DNA of 64,000 nucleotides from Paragordius varius (taxonomy: Eukaryota > Animalia > Nematomorpha): contig OZ176058.1 of NCBI GenBank assembly GCA_964247055.1, positions 806,001 to 870,000 of the forward strand. The letters are read 5' to 3'. Under the pieces are notes generated by a model. That model had not been told where the DNA came from and searched no databases. It saw only the letters and a program-made list of their open reading frames with translations. The position numbers were made by a program, and so were the translations under genes. Positions 1-13,400 of this stretch are shown one piece after another (position 1 is the stretch's first letter; every line of letters starts with the position of its first letter).

Positions 1-309
1 ATATAAATTAAAAATATTTAATGAGAAATGAAATTTGTACAATTTTTTGGCCTTAAAAGGTCTTTTAATTGGTGAATAGGGAAAAAATGTGTGATAAAAA
101 GTAATCAGAAATAGCTAAAAAAGCTAAAAATATTTCACACATCCTTGCATACTAAATTGTTACAGTATGCATTTTAGAAAAATTATGTCATAAATATAAA
201 ATATTATTTGAATTTAATTATTTTCCATTCATAATAATTATAATTTATTTTTACATTTTTTTCTACTTTTTATTTTTGTTGTAATAATTTTAGGTTTCCT
301 AATATACAG

Positions 310-464
310 TACAGTATGCATTTTAATGGTTAACTATTTCACATTTTATATGTGGGAAATTTGCAACCAGTAGTGTATGGAAAAAAACGAAATGTGTTGA
401 ATAAACCATTTATTTCTTTTCTTTTTTTCCATACACTACTGTGTTGTGTTGCAAATTACCGAAT

Positions 465-513
<49 letters not shown>

Positions 514-825
514 AAAATAAGCAACCATTAAAATGCATATACTATATTAGGAAACACCTATTATTACAACAAAAATAAAATTATAATTGAAATTATAAAT
601 GGAAAATTAATAAATTTTCTGTTTTTTAATATTTATTACATAATGCAATTTAATGGTTACTTATTTCACACTTTATAGTTTGGAAATTTGCAACACACAA
701 CAGTAGTGTATGGAAAAAACAACGAAATGAATAAAACATTTATATCCTTTCTTTTTTCCATACACTACTGTTTTGCAAATAACTATACTGTGAAATAAGC
801 AACCATTAAAATAAGCTGTATCTTT
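310..825. mobile_element. MITE family C (palindromic, TACAGTATGCATTTTAATGGTT ends), two adjacent copies; third copy at ~59818-60010
   Basis: Inverted ends TATGCATTTTAATGGTT / AACCATTAAAATGCATA and inner inverted pair CAGTAGTGTATGGAAAAAA / TTTTTTCCATACACTACTG, at 310-546, 645-825 and 59818-60010. Confidence 0.75.
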
Positions 826-1214
826 TCAGTATGTACCAAATAAAGAAATCTTAAGCAATTTTGCTATTCTATAAAGAATTTGAAAATTTAAAAACGACAA
901 AAATCTATAAATAATTAAATTTAATTTATAAAAAATTTTTTTTTACAAAAAAATAAATATATATAAATGATAAACTTTAATGAGATAGTAAGTATATAAA
1001 GTTTTTTTTTAAAATTATTATAGATAAATATATCGATTCGGAAAATTTTTAATATATATATATATACATATTATAACACACCACTTAAAATATGCAAAAT
1101 AAATCTAAAACCAATATTTAAAATGTGTTTTTTGGGGCCAATTTAAAGGTTTTATTTAAATTATTATTACAACAGTTAAATCATATTAAATTAAAAATAA
1201 TTTATCAAATTATG

Positions 1215-1259
<45 letters not shown>

Positions 1260-1347
1260 TATTACTTTTTTATCAAAATTTATTTTTACATAATAAATGC
1301 ACATACAATTTTTTTAATTTTTAAAAATATATTTTTATTCACTATAG

Positions 1348-4300
1348 ATCACAAAAAGGATCGTGATTCTAGCGTTAAAAACACACCACAAACAGATGCT
1401 AAAAAATCAGCTGATCTTGATACTGAAATTATTGTTGATAAGTCTGGTATTATATTTCTTTAGATAAATTTTGTTTTTAAAATATTTAATAATCATGTAG
1501 TATGTATTATGAAAAAAATATATAAAAAAATTAAATATTTTGATATTATTTGGAATTTATATTCATTAGATAATCGAATTTATTAAAAAAAACATTTTCG
1601 ATTACTACAAATGAAAGATTTATTCAATGTAATAATTAAAATAAAAATATAAATATGAAAATATAGGAAATTAGAAAAAGAAACCAAAAATAAAGATTTG
1701 ATAAGAATAAATTTAATGTCAAATAGTTACCAAAAAACATTAACATATTAATAATAAATTTTAATAATTAAAATCTAAAAATTAAAATATATAACTTTTT
1801 AAAAAATATTTAATTTTTTTTGTAAAAAATTTAAAAATATTAATTAGATACTCAAATGAATGGATTATCTTCTTTTGGTGATTACATTAAAAGTGAAATG
1901 GTTAAAATTGACGCGACTAAAACGGAAACCGAAAAATCAGCTGATCTGGACGAAAAACCGAACGAAAAAAGGGCGAAAACGGTGAAAAGTCATTGTGAAG
2001 AAAGAAAATCGAAAAAGTATATTAACGTATTTTACTTTGGAATTTTAAATTTTTACATATAAACCATTTTATTCTTAAAATTTGTTATGTTTGAAAAATC
2101 AAGAATTTTTTATTTATATTTGTTGTATAACAAGATTATAAGCTAGAGTTTTATTGATTTATTATGCATAAACATTTATTATTGAGATGAGTAAGGGCAA
2201 ACATAAAGTGTTCAGGGTAAATTTGAAAGGGCTAACATAAACGTGTTAAGGATGTTTGAAATGTTTTTTGGATGAATTTAAAGTGTTAAAGGTCTAAATT
2301 TGAAATGGAAGGTAAATATAAAAAATGATTTAAGAAAAAATTTGAAATGCTTTTTTGGATGAATCTGAAGTGTTAAAGTATTAATTTAAAATGGTTTAAG
2401 GGTAAATTAAAAATGTTTAAGGGCAAATATAAAATTATTAAGGGTGAATTTGAAATGTTTTTATGGATGAATTTGAAGTGTTAAATTTTAAATTTAAAAT
2501 GGTTCAAGGGTAAAATTTTGAAATGTTTAAGGGTAAATATAAAATTGTTAAGGTTTGAAGGGTGTTTGAAATGTTTTTATGGATGACATACGTCATAAAT
2601 AATTTGCCCAAGTTCGCTCATATCAGCTGTTTTTTAATTTTTTGTGTAAAAATTAAATTAATTCTTAACCACCCCATGATATTAATCATCTGTTTTGATG
2701 GCCAAAAATAAACTTAATTCAATAAATAAGCTGTTAGTTTCATCGTAAAAATATTCCATTTATTCTCGCCTCTCCAATTAAGAACAGCTGTTGTTTTTTA
2801 AAAAATATTACTTTTTGATGCCGTATACATATATATATGTAAAATGGTTTATATCAGCTGTTTCCTTTAACGTAGTCATCTGTTTTTTCTTTTTACAATT
2901 AGGGAGGAAAAACAGCTGGGAAAAAATCTAAATAGCCGAAGTAGGAGTAAGAGTACTTCAAGTACAAGCTCAAGTGCTTCAAGTACAAGTTCAAGTTCTA
3001 AACGCAACAAAAAGGTGAAAAAACGTGACTCTCGGTCGCCATCGGCAACCAGGAAAACAGCTGATCGTCGGCATCACCATGGTAACGAAAGAAGAAGCAG
3101 TAAAAGAAGGAGTAGTCGTGATAGAAAGAGGGAATCATCTACGTCCAGGTAAGATTAGTTTGAAATAAAAGTAAATTTGTTTAAAAATTGCTATATTTTG
3201 ATTTATAATACGATTAACTCCTTTGAAAATGTATATATTGGAAATTATGCATCCTTAAATATATCATTTCTTTAAATCTCCCCCTTGATTAATTCAAATT
3301 AACCCTCAAATGGATGTTCTTGATTTAAAAAGTACCTATATTTTTATATTTTTAAAAAATAAATTTTTCTTAAATTAAAATAATACTGAAAAAATAATAT
3401 ACTATGCTACATAAAGATATATTTCACTTTAATGGTATATTAGTTCGGAAACACATAATTTATTTTTAGGGTGAATTTGAATTGTTCAAGGATTATTTTG
3501 AACTGTTAATGAACAATAATTCACCCTTGAAAAATTTAAATTCACCCTTATATAAAAAAACATGTTTTAAAATTAAAAATTACCTATATTTTTATATATT
3601 TTTAAAAAATAAATTTTGTTTTTAATTAAAATAATGCCATAAGAATATATTTCTTTTTTATGATGAGTTATATTAGTTCGAAAATACACATATATTTTTA
3701 GGGTGAATTTGAATCGTAAATGGTATATATATCAATTTTTCTGTAATTTTTTTCTGTATAATTATTTATATTATTTGAAAATTTTATTTTGCTTAAATTT
3801 TTACTATCAGCTGTTGTTTATTGCGTTACAGACGCCATCATAGACACCGATCTCCATCAGCTGATCGCCACCGTCATCGAAGGAAACGTTCACCTTCGTC
3901 GTCGTCTAGGCAACGACGCCGACACCGATCATCACGTGATAAAAGCCGGTCGCCTAGGCAACGCTCACGCCGTTCACGTGACGATAATCATCACGATGAC
4001 GATAGAGGAACACGTGACATGACCAAACGATACATTGATGAACGGACGGGAAAAAGTGTTTCCCCTCCACCTAGGTTTTTATTTTTCAAGAATTTCTGTT
4101 TTGAAATTATATTCAATATTTGATAGTTTTAAAAATTATTAAATTATTGTTTGATAGTTTTGAAATTTATTAAATATTTGATTTTAAATTTTTTTAGAAA
4201 ATTAGTAGATTGATAGTTTTAAAAACTATATTTGATAGTTTTGAAAATTATTAAATATTTGATAGTTTTGAAAGTTATTAAATATTTGATAGTTTTGAAA

Positions 4301-5049
4301 ATTATTAAATATTTTATAGTTTTGAAAATTAGTAAATATTTGATAGTTTTTGAAAATTATTAAATATTTGATACTTTTAAAATTTATTAAATATTTGATA
4401 GTTTTGAAAATTTATTAAATATTTGATAGTTTTGAAAAATATTAAATATTTGATTGTTTTAAAAACTAGTAAATATTTAATAGTGTTTGAAAATTATTAA
4501 ATATTTGTTTGATAGTTTTAAAAATTATTAAATATTTGATAGTTTTGAAAATTAGTAAATATTTGATAGTTTTGAAAAATATTAAATAACTGATAATTTT
4601 GCAAATTATTAAATAATTGATAGTTTAGGAAATTAGTAAATATTTGATCGTTTTGAAAATTAGTAAATTTTTGATAGTTTTGAAAATTATTAAATATTTG
4701 TTTGATAGTTTTGAAAATTATTAAATATTTGATAGTTTATAGAATTGAAAATTAATAAATATCTGTTAATTTAAGTGCTTTAAAAGAAAGTTTTACAAAA
4801 AAATCTTTTTTTAGTGTTTTATAAACTTTGACATTTTTTTATGTTTTGGAAAATTTGATTTTTTTTTTTAAATTTGAAAAATTTTATTAAAGTTTTGTGA
4901 AGTTTCTTATTTTTTTAGGGATTTTTGGTCCATATTCATAATAATTTAATAATTTTAACTTTTTAAACTTTTTTTTCTTTTTTTGAAAATTTATATATGA
5001 AATTTAAGATTTTAATAAATTTGTTACTTTAATAAATACTTTTATTGTT

Positions 5050-5083
<34 letters not shown>

Positions 5084-7390
5084 TAATTATTTGAAAAAAA
5101 TTATTTTGATTTTATATATTTTTAGTAACTTTTTATCTATATTATATGTAAACAGGCGTGGAGTTACAGATATAAATGCGCCACCATCTGTTAATAATCC
5201 ATCAGCTGTTACTCAACCACCTAACAACACATCTGAGGAAGATACGTTAACCCCTGAAGTATATATTTATAATTTTTAATTTTTTTTATAATTAAATAAA
5301 AATTTATAATATTTAATTTTTTTATATAATTTACAGCTTCACCCCAAGAATAAATTATTCTGTTTTCGAACTTATATGACTCATAGTTAATATGAAATAT
5401 ATCTTTATGGCCCATAGTTATTATTTTTTAATTATTATTTTAAAATTTAAAACAAAATTTTAAATTTTTTTAAAAATATATAAAAATATAAGGGTAATTT
5501 TAATCTTTAAAAACATTTATCTTATTTGAGGTTGAATTTAAATTGTTTAAGGGTGAATTTAATGTGTTTAAGGGTGAATTTGAATTGTTAATGGTATATA
5601 TATAATTTTCTAGGAAATGTATCAACCCATGCTGTTTAACTCTATTTCCAATAATTCTCTAATTATAATTCTTCTTATATTTTAAATTATTTTTAGCAAA
5701 ATTTAAATACATTTTTTAGAAATTTTATTATTATTTATTTGTAAATTATAATTCTTATTATATCATAAATTTTAAATTATTTTTAGCAATATATAAAATA
5801 ATATATTTTAATGTGAATCATAAATTCTCATTATAAACAACAATATTTTTTATAAATTTATAATTTTTTATATTATTTTCATTGCCATTTTTTGCTCATA
5901 TTAAATTTTTACGTTTTGTCTAAATAAATAATTTCAAAAAAATTATAAAATTTTTGTACTTTTTTTAATAATTTTAAACAATTCAATTTTTATTTATTTT
6001 CACTTTTTTAGGAAGGGGATCAACTTTTTTTTAAAATTTTAACTTTTTCTTTCTTTAAAATACATATATTAATTAATAATTTTCTTTATTTAAAATATAT
6101 AAAATTAATTTTTAATTTTACCTATGTAATTTTGTATATAAATTATACAATTTTTATATATTTTTATTTCGTTTTTTTTGAGTTTTTCTCTTTTTTTTTA
6201 ATTTTTTAATTTTACTTTTGAAAAATTAGTTTTTCTCATTAAATTTTTTTTTAATTTTAAACAACCAAACTTGAGTTTTTAATAATTTTATTTTAATTTT
6301 TTATTTAAATTTTTCATATTTTCAAAATTATTTTTTTTAGGAAAGAGATCAACGTACAGTCTTGTTTATGCAACTTTTTTATAATTATTCATTTCTATTA
6401 ACAATTTATATATAATTAGATTTATAAGGTTTTTTTAAAATCTTTTTTTATTGACTTTTTAGGTATATATATATATATATATTAGTTAAATTATTAAAAA
6501 ACTTTTTAAACTTCTTTTGCAAAAGATGATACATATTAATGAATATTATCAACATATTTACCAACTATATCTGAGTTATTTTAAAATATAAATTTATTTA
6601 AATATATATATTTAAATAAAAATTCAAAAATTTCAATTTTTTTTAAATTTTCTATAGGAAAGAGATCAACGTACAGTGTTGTTTATGCAACTTTTTAAAC
6701 TTTTAACTTTATAATATATTAATTTTCTTGATTTTTTTAAAAAAAAATTTAAGTTTTACCTTATTTTTTTCTAATTTTAAATAAAATATTTTTATTTTAG
6801 ATTAATTTTTTCCTTATTTTTTTCAAATTTTACCTTTGAAAAATTAGTTTTTTACAACTTTTTTTATAACTTTTTTTTTAATAATAGTTTTTTACAACTT
6901 TTTTTTTAAAAAATATACAATTTTTCATATTTATTAAAAAAACAATTCAATTTTTTTTTAATAATTTTCGATAGGAAAGAGATCAACGTACAGTCTTGTT
7001 TATTCAACTTTAGGATTCTTATAATTTTACAATTTTTATATTAACTATATATATATATATATATTATACCATTTACAGTTCAAATTTACCCTCAAAGAAA
7101 TTATGTTTTTTTAAATTAAAAATTAACTATATTTTTAAAAATAAAATATTACGTTTAAAATTAATATAATTCTGAAAAAATAATATACTAAGCGCAATAA
7201 GAATATATTTCTTAATAATTATTTATATTAGTTCGAAAACACATAATTATAGGGTGAATTTTAATTGTTATTTTAAAAATATATATAAATATATATATAT
7301 TTTAAAAAAAAATTCAATTTTTTACTTAAAATTCTTTAGGAAAGAGATCAACGTACAGTCTTGTTTATGCAACTTTAGAATTATAGCTAT

Positions 7391-7421
<31 letters not shown>

Positions 7422-10400
7422 TCATTATAAACGCATTTTTTTCAAACTTTAAACAAATTTTATATTTATATAAATCATTAAATTAATATTTTATACTTTT
7501 TAAAAAAAAATTCAGTTTTTTTTTAAAATTTTTTTCTATAGGAAAGAGATCAACGTACAGTGTTGTTTATGCAATTTTTTTTATAACTATTAACTCTCTA
7601 AAATATATAATTTAAATAAAATACTTTTCTATTCAAAACATATAAAATATCTTAAATTTTTTAAAGTTTTTCCTTATTTTTAAAATTTCTTGAATTTTTA
7701 ATTTTACCCATATGTGATTATAATATATTAAAAAAATTTACATTTTTTACAATTTTTTTCCACTTTTTTAACAAAAATTTTCAATTTTTTCTTTAGGAAA
7801 GAGATCAACGTACAGTGTTGTTTATGCAACTTGGCCCCTACGTGGATGAACGTGATATCATGGATTTCCTCCGGGCTCATGGGAAACGGACCCGTGATGT
7901 TCGAGATATTAGACTCATCGTTGATAGTCGAACTCGAAGATCTAAAGGTCTGGCTTACGTGGAATTCCGCGATCCTGATTCGGTCGCTTTTGTAAGTTTT
8001 TTTGCATAAAAAATTGGATTTTTTGGGAAAAACGATAAAAATGGAGTGTTTTTTAGCTTTTTTGGAAAAAAATGAGTGTTTTTGAAGGTTTTTAAGTAAA
8101 AATTTGATAAAAATTGAGTTATTAGAAAAAAATTGAGATTTTGAGGGTTTACGATTTTTTGGGGGCAAAATGACAAAAATTGAGCGTTTTTAATGGTTTT
8201 TAGGAAAAAAATGATTGATTTTTGAGTAATAATTGATTTTCAGGTGTTTTTCAAGATTTTAGGGTTTTTTAAGATTTTTGGCATGTTTTATTTGTGTTTA
8301 AACCTTTTAAAAAAGGTTTAAACACAGTTTTTAGTTTTTTTAGCTTTGAGTTTAAAAAGCGGACGCGAGATGTTTGAGATATAGACTCATAGTTGATAGT
8401 CGAACTCGAAGATCTAAAGGATTGGCCTACGTCGAATTTAGAGATCCTGATTCGGTCGCTTTTGTAAGTTTTTTTTTGAAAAAATTGGTTTTTTGGGAAA
8501 AAACGATAAAAATGGAGTGTTTTTTAGTTTTTTTGGTAAAAAAATGAGTGTTTTTGAAGGTTTTACGATGTTTTCCTTGAAAAAATGGGTTTTTAGACAA
8601 AAATTTGATAAAAATGGAGTGTTTTTGATGGTTTTTTGGTAAAAAATGAGTTTTTTTGATGGTTTTTAGGCAAAAATTTGATAAAAATTGACAAAAACTG
8701 AGCGTTTTTAAGGTTTTGGTTGTTTTTTGGAAAAAAATGAGTGTTTTTGATGGTTTTTAGGCAAAAGATTGATAAAAATTAAGTTATTTTGATGGTTTTA
8801 CGAAGTTTTTCTTGAAAAAACGCTAAAAATGGAGTTACTTTGACGGTTTTTAGGGTGTTTTTAAGAAAAAATGATTGATTTTTGAGGATCAGGTATTTAG
8901 TCAAGTTTTTAGGGTTTTTCAAGTTGATTAGCATGTTTTATTAGTGTTTTAACCTTTTAAATAAGATATAAGGACAGATTTTAGTTTTTTAGCTTTGAGT
9001 TTTAAAAGCGGACTCGAGATGTTCGAGATATTAGACTCATCGTTGATAGTCGAACTCGAAGATCTAAAGGATTGGCCTACGTGGAATTCCGCGATCCTGA
9101 TTCGGTCGCTTTTGTAAGTTTTTTTCGTAGAAAAATGGATTTTTAAACAAAAATTTGACAAAAATGGAGTTTTTTTTTGGTTTTTTTGGAAAAAAATGAG
9201 TGTTTTTGATGGTTTTTAGGGAAAAAATTGATAAAAAATGAGTTATTTTAAGGGTTTTACCTGTTTTTGTCTAGTTTTTAGGGTTTTTCAAGATTTTTGA
9301 CATGTTTCATTAGTGTTTTAAACATTTTAAAGAAGGTTTTGAGACAGATTTTAGTTAAGCTTTTTTAGCATTGAGATTAAATAACGGACTCGAGATGTTC
9401 GAGATATTAGACTTATAGTTGATAGTCGAACTCGAAGATCTAAAGGACTGGCTTACGTGGAATTTCGCGATCCTGATTCGGTCGCTTTTGTAAGTTTTTT
9501 TTGAAAAAATTGATAAAAAAATGGGTTTTTAGACAAAAATTTGGTAAAAAATGATAAAAATGGAGTTATTTTGAGGGTTCTGGGTGTTTTTGAACATTTT
9601 TTGGAAAAAAGATCATTTATAGATTTTTTCAGGAGTTTTGATGTTTTTTTTTCCTAAAAATAATTCGTATTTTTGTGAAAAAATTTAAAAGTTTTTAGCG
9701 TTTAAATTTGTTTTTTTGTTTTATTAGTGTTTAAACCTTTAAAAAAGATTTTAAAGGCATATTTTAGCTTTTTTAGTGTTGTATGTATATAAAGGACCCG
9801 AGATGTTTGAGATATACCATTTACAGTTCAAATTCACCCTTAACAAATTCACCCTCAAATAAATAACACGATTTTTAAGATTAATAATTACCTATATTTT
9901 TATATATTTTTAAAAAATAAAATTTTGTTTTAAATTAAAATAATACTGAAAAAAATAAATAATTATGCCATAAAAATATATTTAATTTGAATAATGAGTT
10001 ATATTAGTTCGAAAACACACATAATTTATTTTTAGGGTGAATTTGAACTGTAAATGGTATATTTGACTCATATAAGCAATAATTTCGTTCTATAATTTAT
10101 TATATAAATATTAAAATTCTCACATTTTTTGTTTTATCTATTTTACAAGGCTACTCTACCTTGCTTAATGGGCAAAAACTTTCGTGGACGACCCACATTA
10201 TATTTTGTTTTTAATTATTAATATTGTTTTACGTTTTTAATACCTTTTTTTAATTCATTTTTTTGCATACTTTTCTCCCCTAATTCTCTCAAATAAACAA
10301 ATTTTGATATTTATTTAACATATTTTACCATTTTACAATTCAAATTCACCCTTAAACTATTTATTCAAATTCCCACCATAATTTAATATATCTTTTTTAA

Positions 10401-13400
10401 GATTAAATATTATCACCTATATTTTTTTACATACTTTAAAAACAATCAAATTATGTTTAAAAATCAAATAATACTAAAAAATAATAAACTATGCGCTATT
10501 AAAATATGTTTCATATTATAATGAGTTATATTAGCTGCCTGAAAACATATTATTTATATTTTTAAGGTGAATTTGAATCGTTTAAGGGTGAAATTGAATT
10601 GTTCAAGGATAAATTTAAATTTTTCAAGAGTTAATTGAATTGGTCGAGGGTGAATTTGAATTGGTTAAGAGTGAATTTAAATTGCTCAAAAGTTAATTGA
10701 ATTTGTTCGGGGTGAATTTGATTGTTCAAGGGTAAATTTGATTTGTTCAAAAGTAAATTGTTCATGGCTAAATATTAATTGTTCAAGAGTTAATTGAATT
10801 GTTCGAGGGTGAGTTTGAATTGTTCGAGGGTGAATTTGAATTGTTCAAGGGTGATTTGAATACAAGGGTGAAATAAAATTTTCCAAAAGTTAATTGAATT
10901 TTTCAAGGATGAATTTGAATTGTTCAAGGGTAAATTTGAATTGTTCAAGGGTGAATTAAAATTGTTTAACGGTGAATTTGAATTGCTTAAGGGGGTATTA
11001 TGAACTGTTCAAGGGTTAATTAAAATTGTTTAACGGTGAATTTGAATTGCTTAAGGGGGTATTATGAACTGTTAAGGGGTGAATTTGAATTGTTCAAGGG
11101 TAAATTTTAATTCTTCAAAAATGAATTTGAATTGTTCAAGAGTAAATTTGATTTGTTCAAAAGTAAATTGTTCATGGCTAAATATTAATTGTTCAAGGGT
11201 GAATTTGAATTGTTCAAGGGTAATTTTGATTTGTTCAAGGGTAAATTTAAATTCTTCAAAAATGAATTTGAATTGTATAAGGGTGAATATCAATTGTTCA
11301 AGGTTGAATTTGAATTGTTCAAGGGTGATTTGAATACAAGGATGAAATAAAATTTTTCAAAAGTTAATTGAATTTTTCGAGGGTGAATGAATTGGTTAAG
11401 GGTGAATTTTAATTCTTCAAAAATGAATTTGAATTGTAAACGGTATATTATCCATTTTTAACATTTTTTCATTTTTATCTATTTTAAAAGGCTACTACCT
11501 TACTTAATGGGCAAAAACTACGTGGCCGTCCCATTATAGTTCAACACAGTCAAGCTGAAAAAAATAGGATTGCCGCATCACTTGTAGCTGGTTTTCCCAC
11601 TCAAACTGGTTCATTACAGTATGAGTAAGTTTTTTTTATATATTTTTATAATACCCTTGAATAATTCCAATTTACCCTTTGAAGAATTTAAATTAACCTT
11701 AAAGAATTCAAGTTGGTCCTTAAAAACTTTAAATTTACTCTAAAAATAATATTATTTTACCTTGAAAAGTTTAAATTTACTCTTGAATAATTTATATTTA
11801 TTCTTGAATAATATAAATTTACTCTAAATAATATACCATTTACGGTTCAAATTTACTCTTGAACAATTTAAAATTACCCTTGAACAATTTAAATTTAATC
11901 TTGAATAATTCAAATTCATTCTTGAACAATTCAAATATACCCTTGAACAATTCAAATTGACCCTTGAACAATTCAAATTCACACCCTTAAACAATTTAAA
12001 TTTACCCTTAAACCGTTTAAATTCACCCCTTGAATAATTAAAAATTTAAATTTACCCCTTGAACAATTCTAATTTACCTTGAATTCTAATTTCCCTTTAG
12101 CAAAATTTACCTTTGAACAATTTAAATTCACTCTAAAAATATTATGCCATTTACAAATTAGATTCACCCTTGAACAATTCAAACCCTAAAAGTAAATTTT
12201 ATGTTTTCGGGCATACTCATCATTAAAATATTATTTTTTCAGTATTTTTATGATTACGTACAAAATTTTCATTTTAAAAAATATAAAAAAAATATAGGAA
12301 TATTTAATCTTAAAAAACACATAATATATTTGAGGGTGAATTTAAATTGTTCGAAGGTGAATTTGTATTGTTTAAGGGTGAATTTGAACTGTAAATGGTA
12401 TACATAATATATATAACTTCTAGTAAATATTGAAATTATACTATGGACAAAACGTAAAAATATAAAGACTAACATTTTTTTATCAAAATACAACCCAACC
12501 ATACTTTTTAAACCTTAAAGATGTATATAGGTAATACAATTACAGTAAAAATTCAAATTATACTATTAAAACGTAAAATTATAAAGACATCTATTTTTTT
12601 TCAAAACACAACCCCATACTTTATTATAAACCTTAAAAATGCCATTGAAAACACAATTACAGCAAAAATTGAAATTATACTATGGAGAAAACATAAAATT
12701 ATAAAGACAGCTATTTTTTTCAAAAGACAATCCCATACTTTTTTAAACCAACTCAATTACAGTTTTATACTAAGGACAAAACGTAAAAATATAAAGACTA
12801 TCATTTTTTTATCAAAAGACAACTCAGCCATACTTTTTAAACCTTAATTTTTCTTTAATTTGCCATGTAATACGATTGTAAAATATTAAAACTTTAGAAA
12901 AATATTTTATTTGTCTATATATTTGCTTTTGTCCATATAATTTTAATTTTTACGATATATATACATATAACTTTTAATCACCTTGAACCCATTTAAATCT
13001 TAATTTAAGTATATACTTTAATGTATTTTTTTATATTAATTTTTTTTTGTTTTATTAATTATTAATTTATTTTATTACAATCTAATTTTAGCTCCCTTGT
13101 GATAAATAACTCCATTGGTGGCGCATTAAACGCGGGCGGCGTTCAATCAGCTGGTGGTCCGAAACAACCAACACCCCTGAAATTATATGTGGGTACTTTG
13201 CATCCCGAAATAACGGAAGATATGTTGAAGGCAATTTTTGAACCTTTTGGAAAGGTATTTTTGAATTTTAATCAAAAAAATTATTAAAAATAATTAAATT
13301 TTTATTAAAATTGGTTAAAAATGGTTTAAAAATAAGTGTAAAGATGAAAAAATCATTTAAAATGTTGTAATTTTGGTGAAAATTGGTTAAAAATTGGTTA

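Noticed and set aside
1-1347. RBM39 start-codon exon
   Set aside because: No convincing ATG-bearing exon ending in phase 1; the region is MITE family C and AT-rich intron-like sequence, so the start is probably upstream of the window.
6341-7576. Repeat-spacer appearance (35-nt repeats with unique-looking spacers) suggesting a CRISPR array
   Set aside because: The repeats are copies of a eukaryotic exon start with its AG acceptor, spacers are 170-350 nt of AT-rich intron, and there are no cas genes.
3789-8176. ORFs 3789-4022, 5221-5415, 7728-8168 and 7955-8176 (also 8949-9161, 25070-25436, 48406-48633)
   Set aside because: They are alternative-frame or antisense shadows of real exons or echoes, running into low-complexity intron.
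11072-11333. ORFs 11072-11293, 11079-11333, 12201-12502, 41223-41489 and 52412-52698
   Set aside because: They are translations of the 21-bp MITE arrays (NLNCSRV / EQFKFTL periodicity), not genes.
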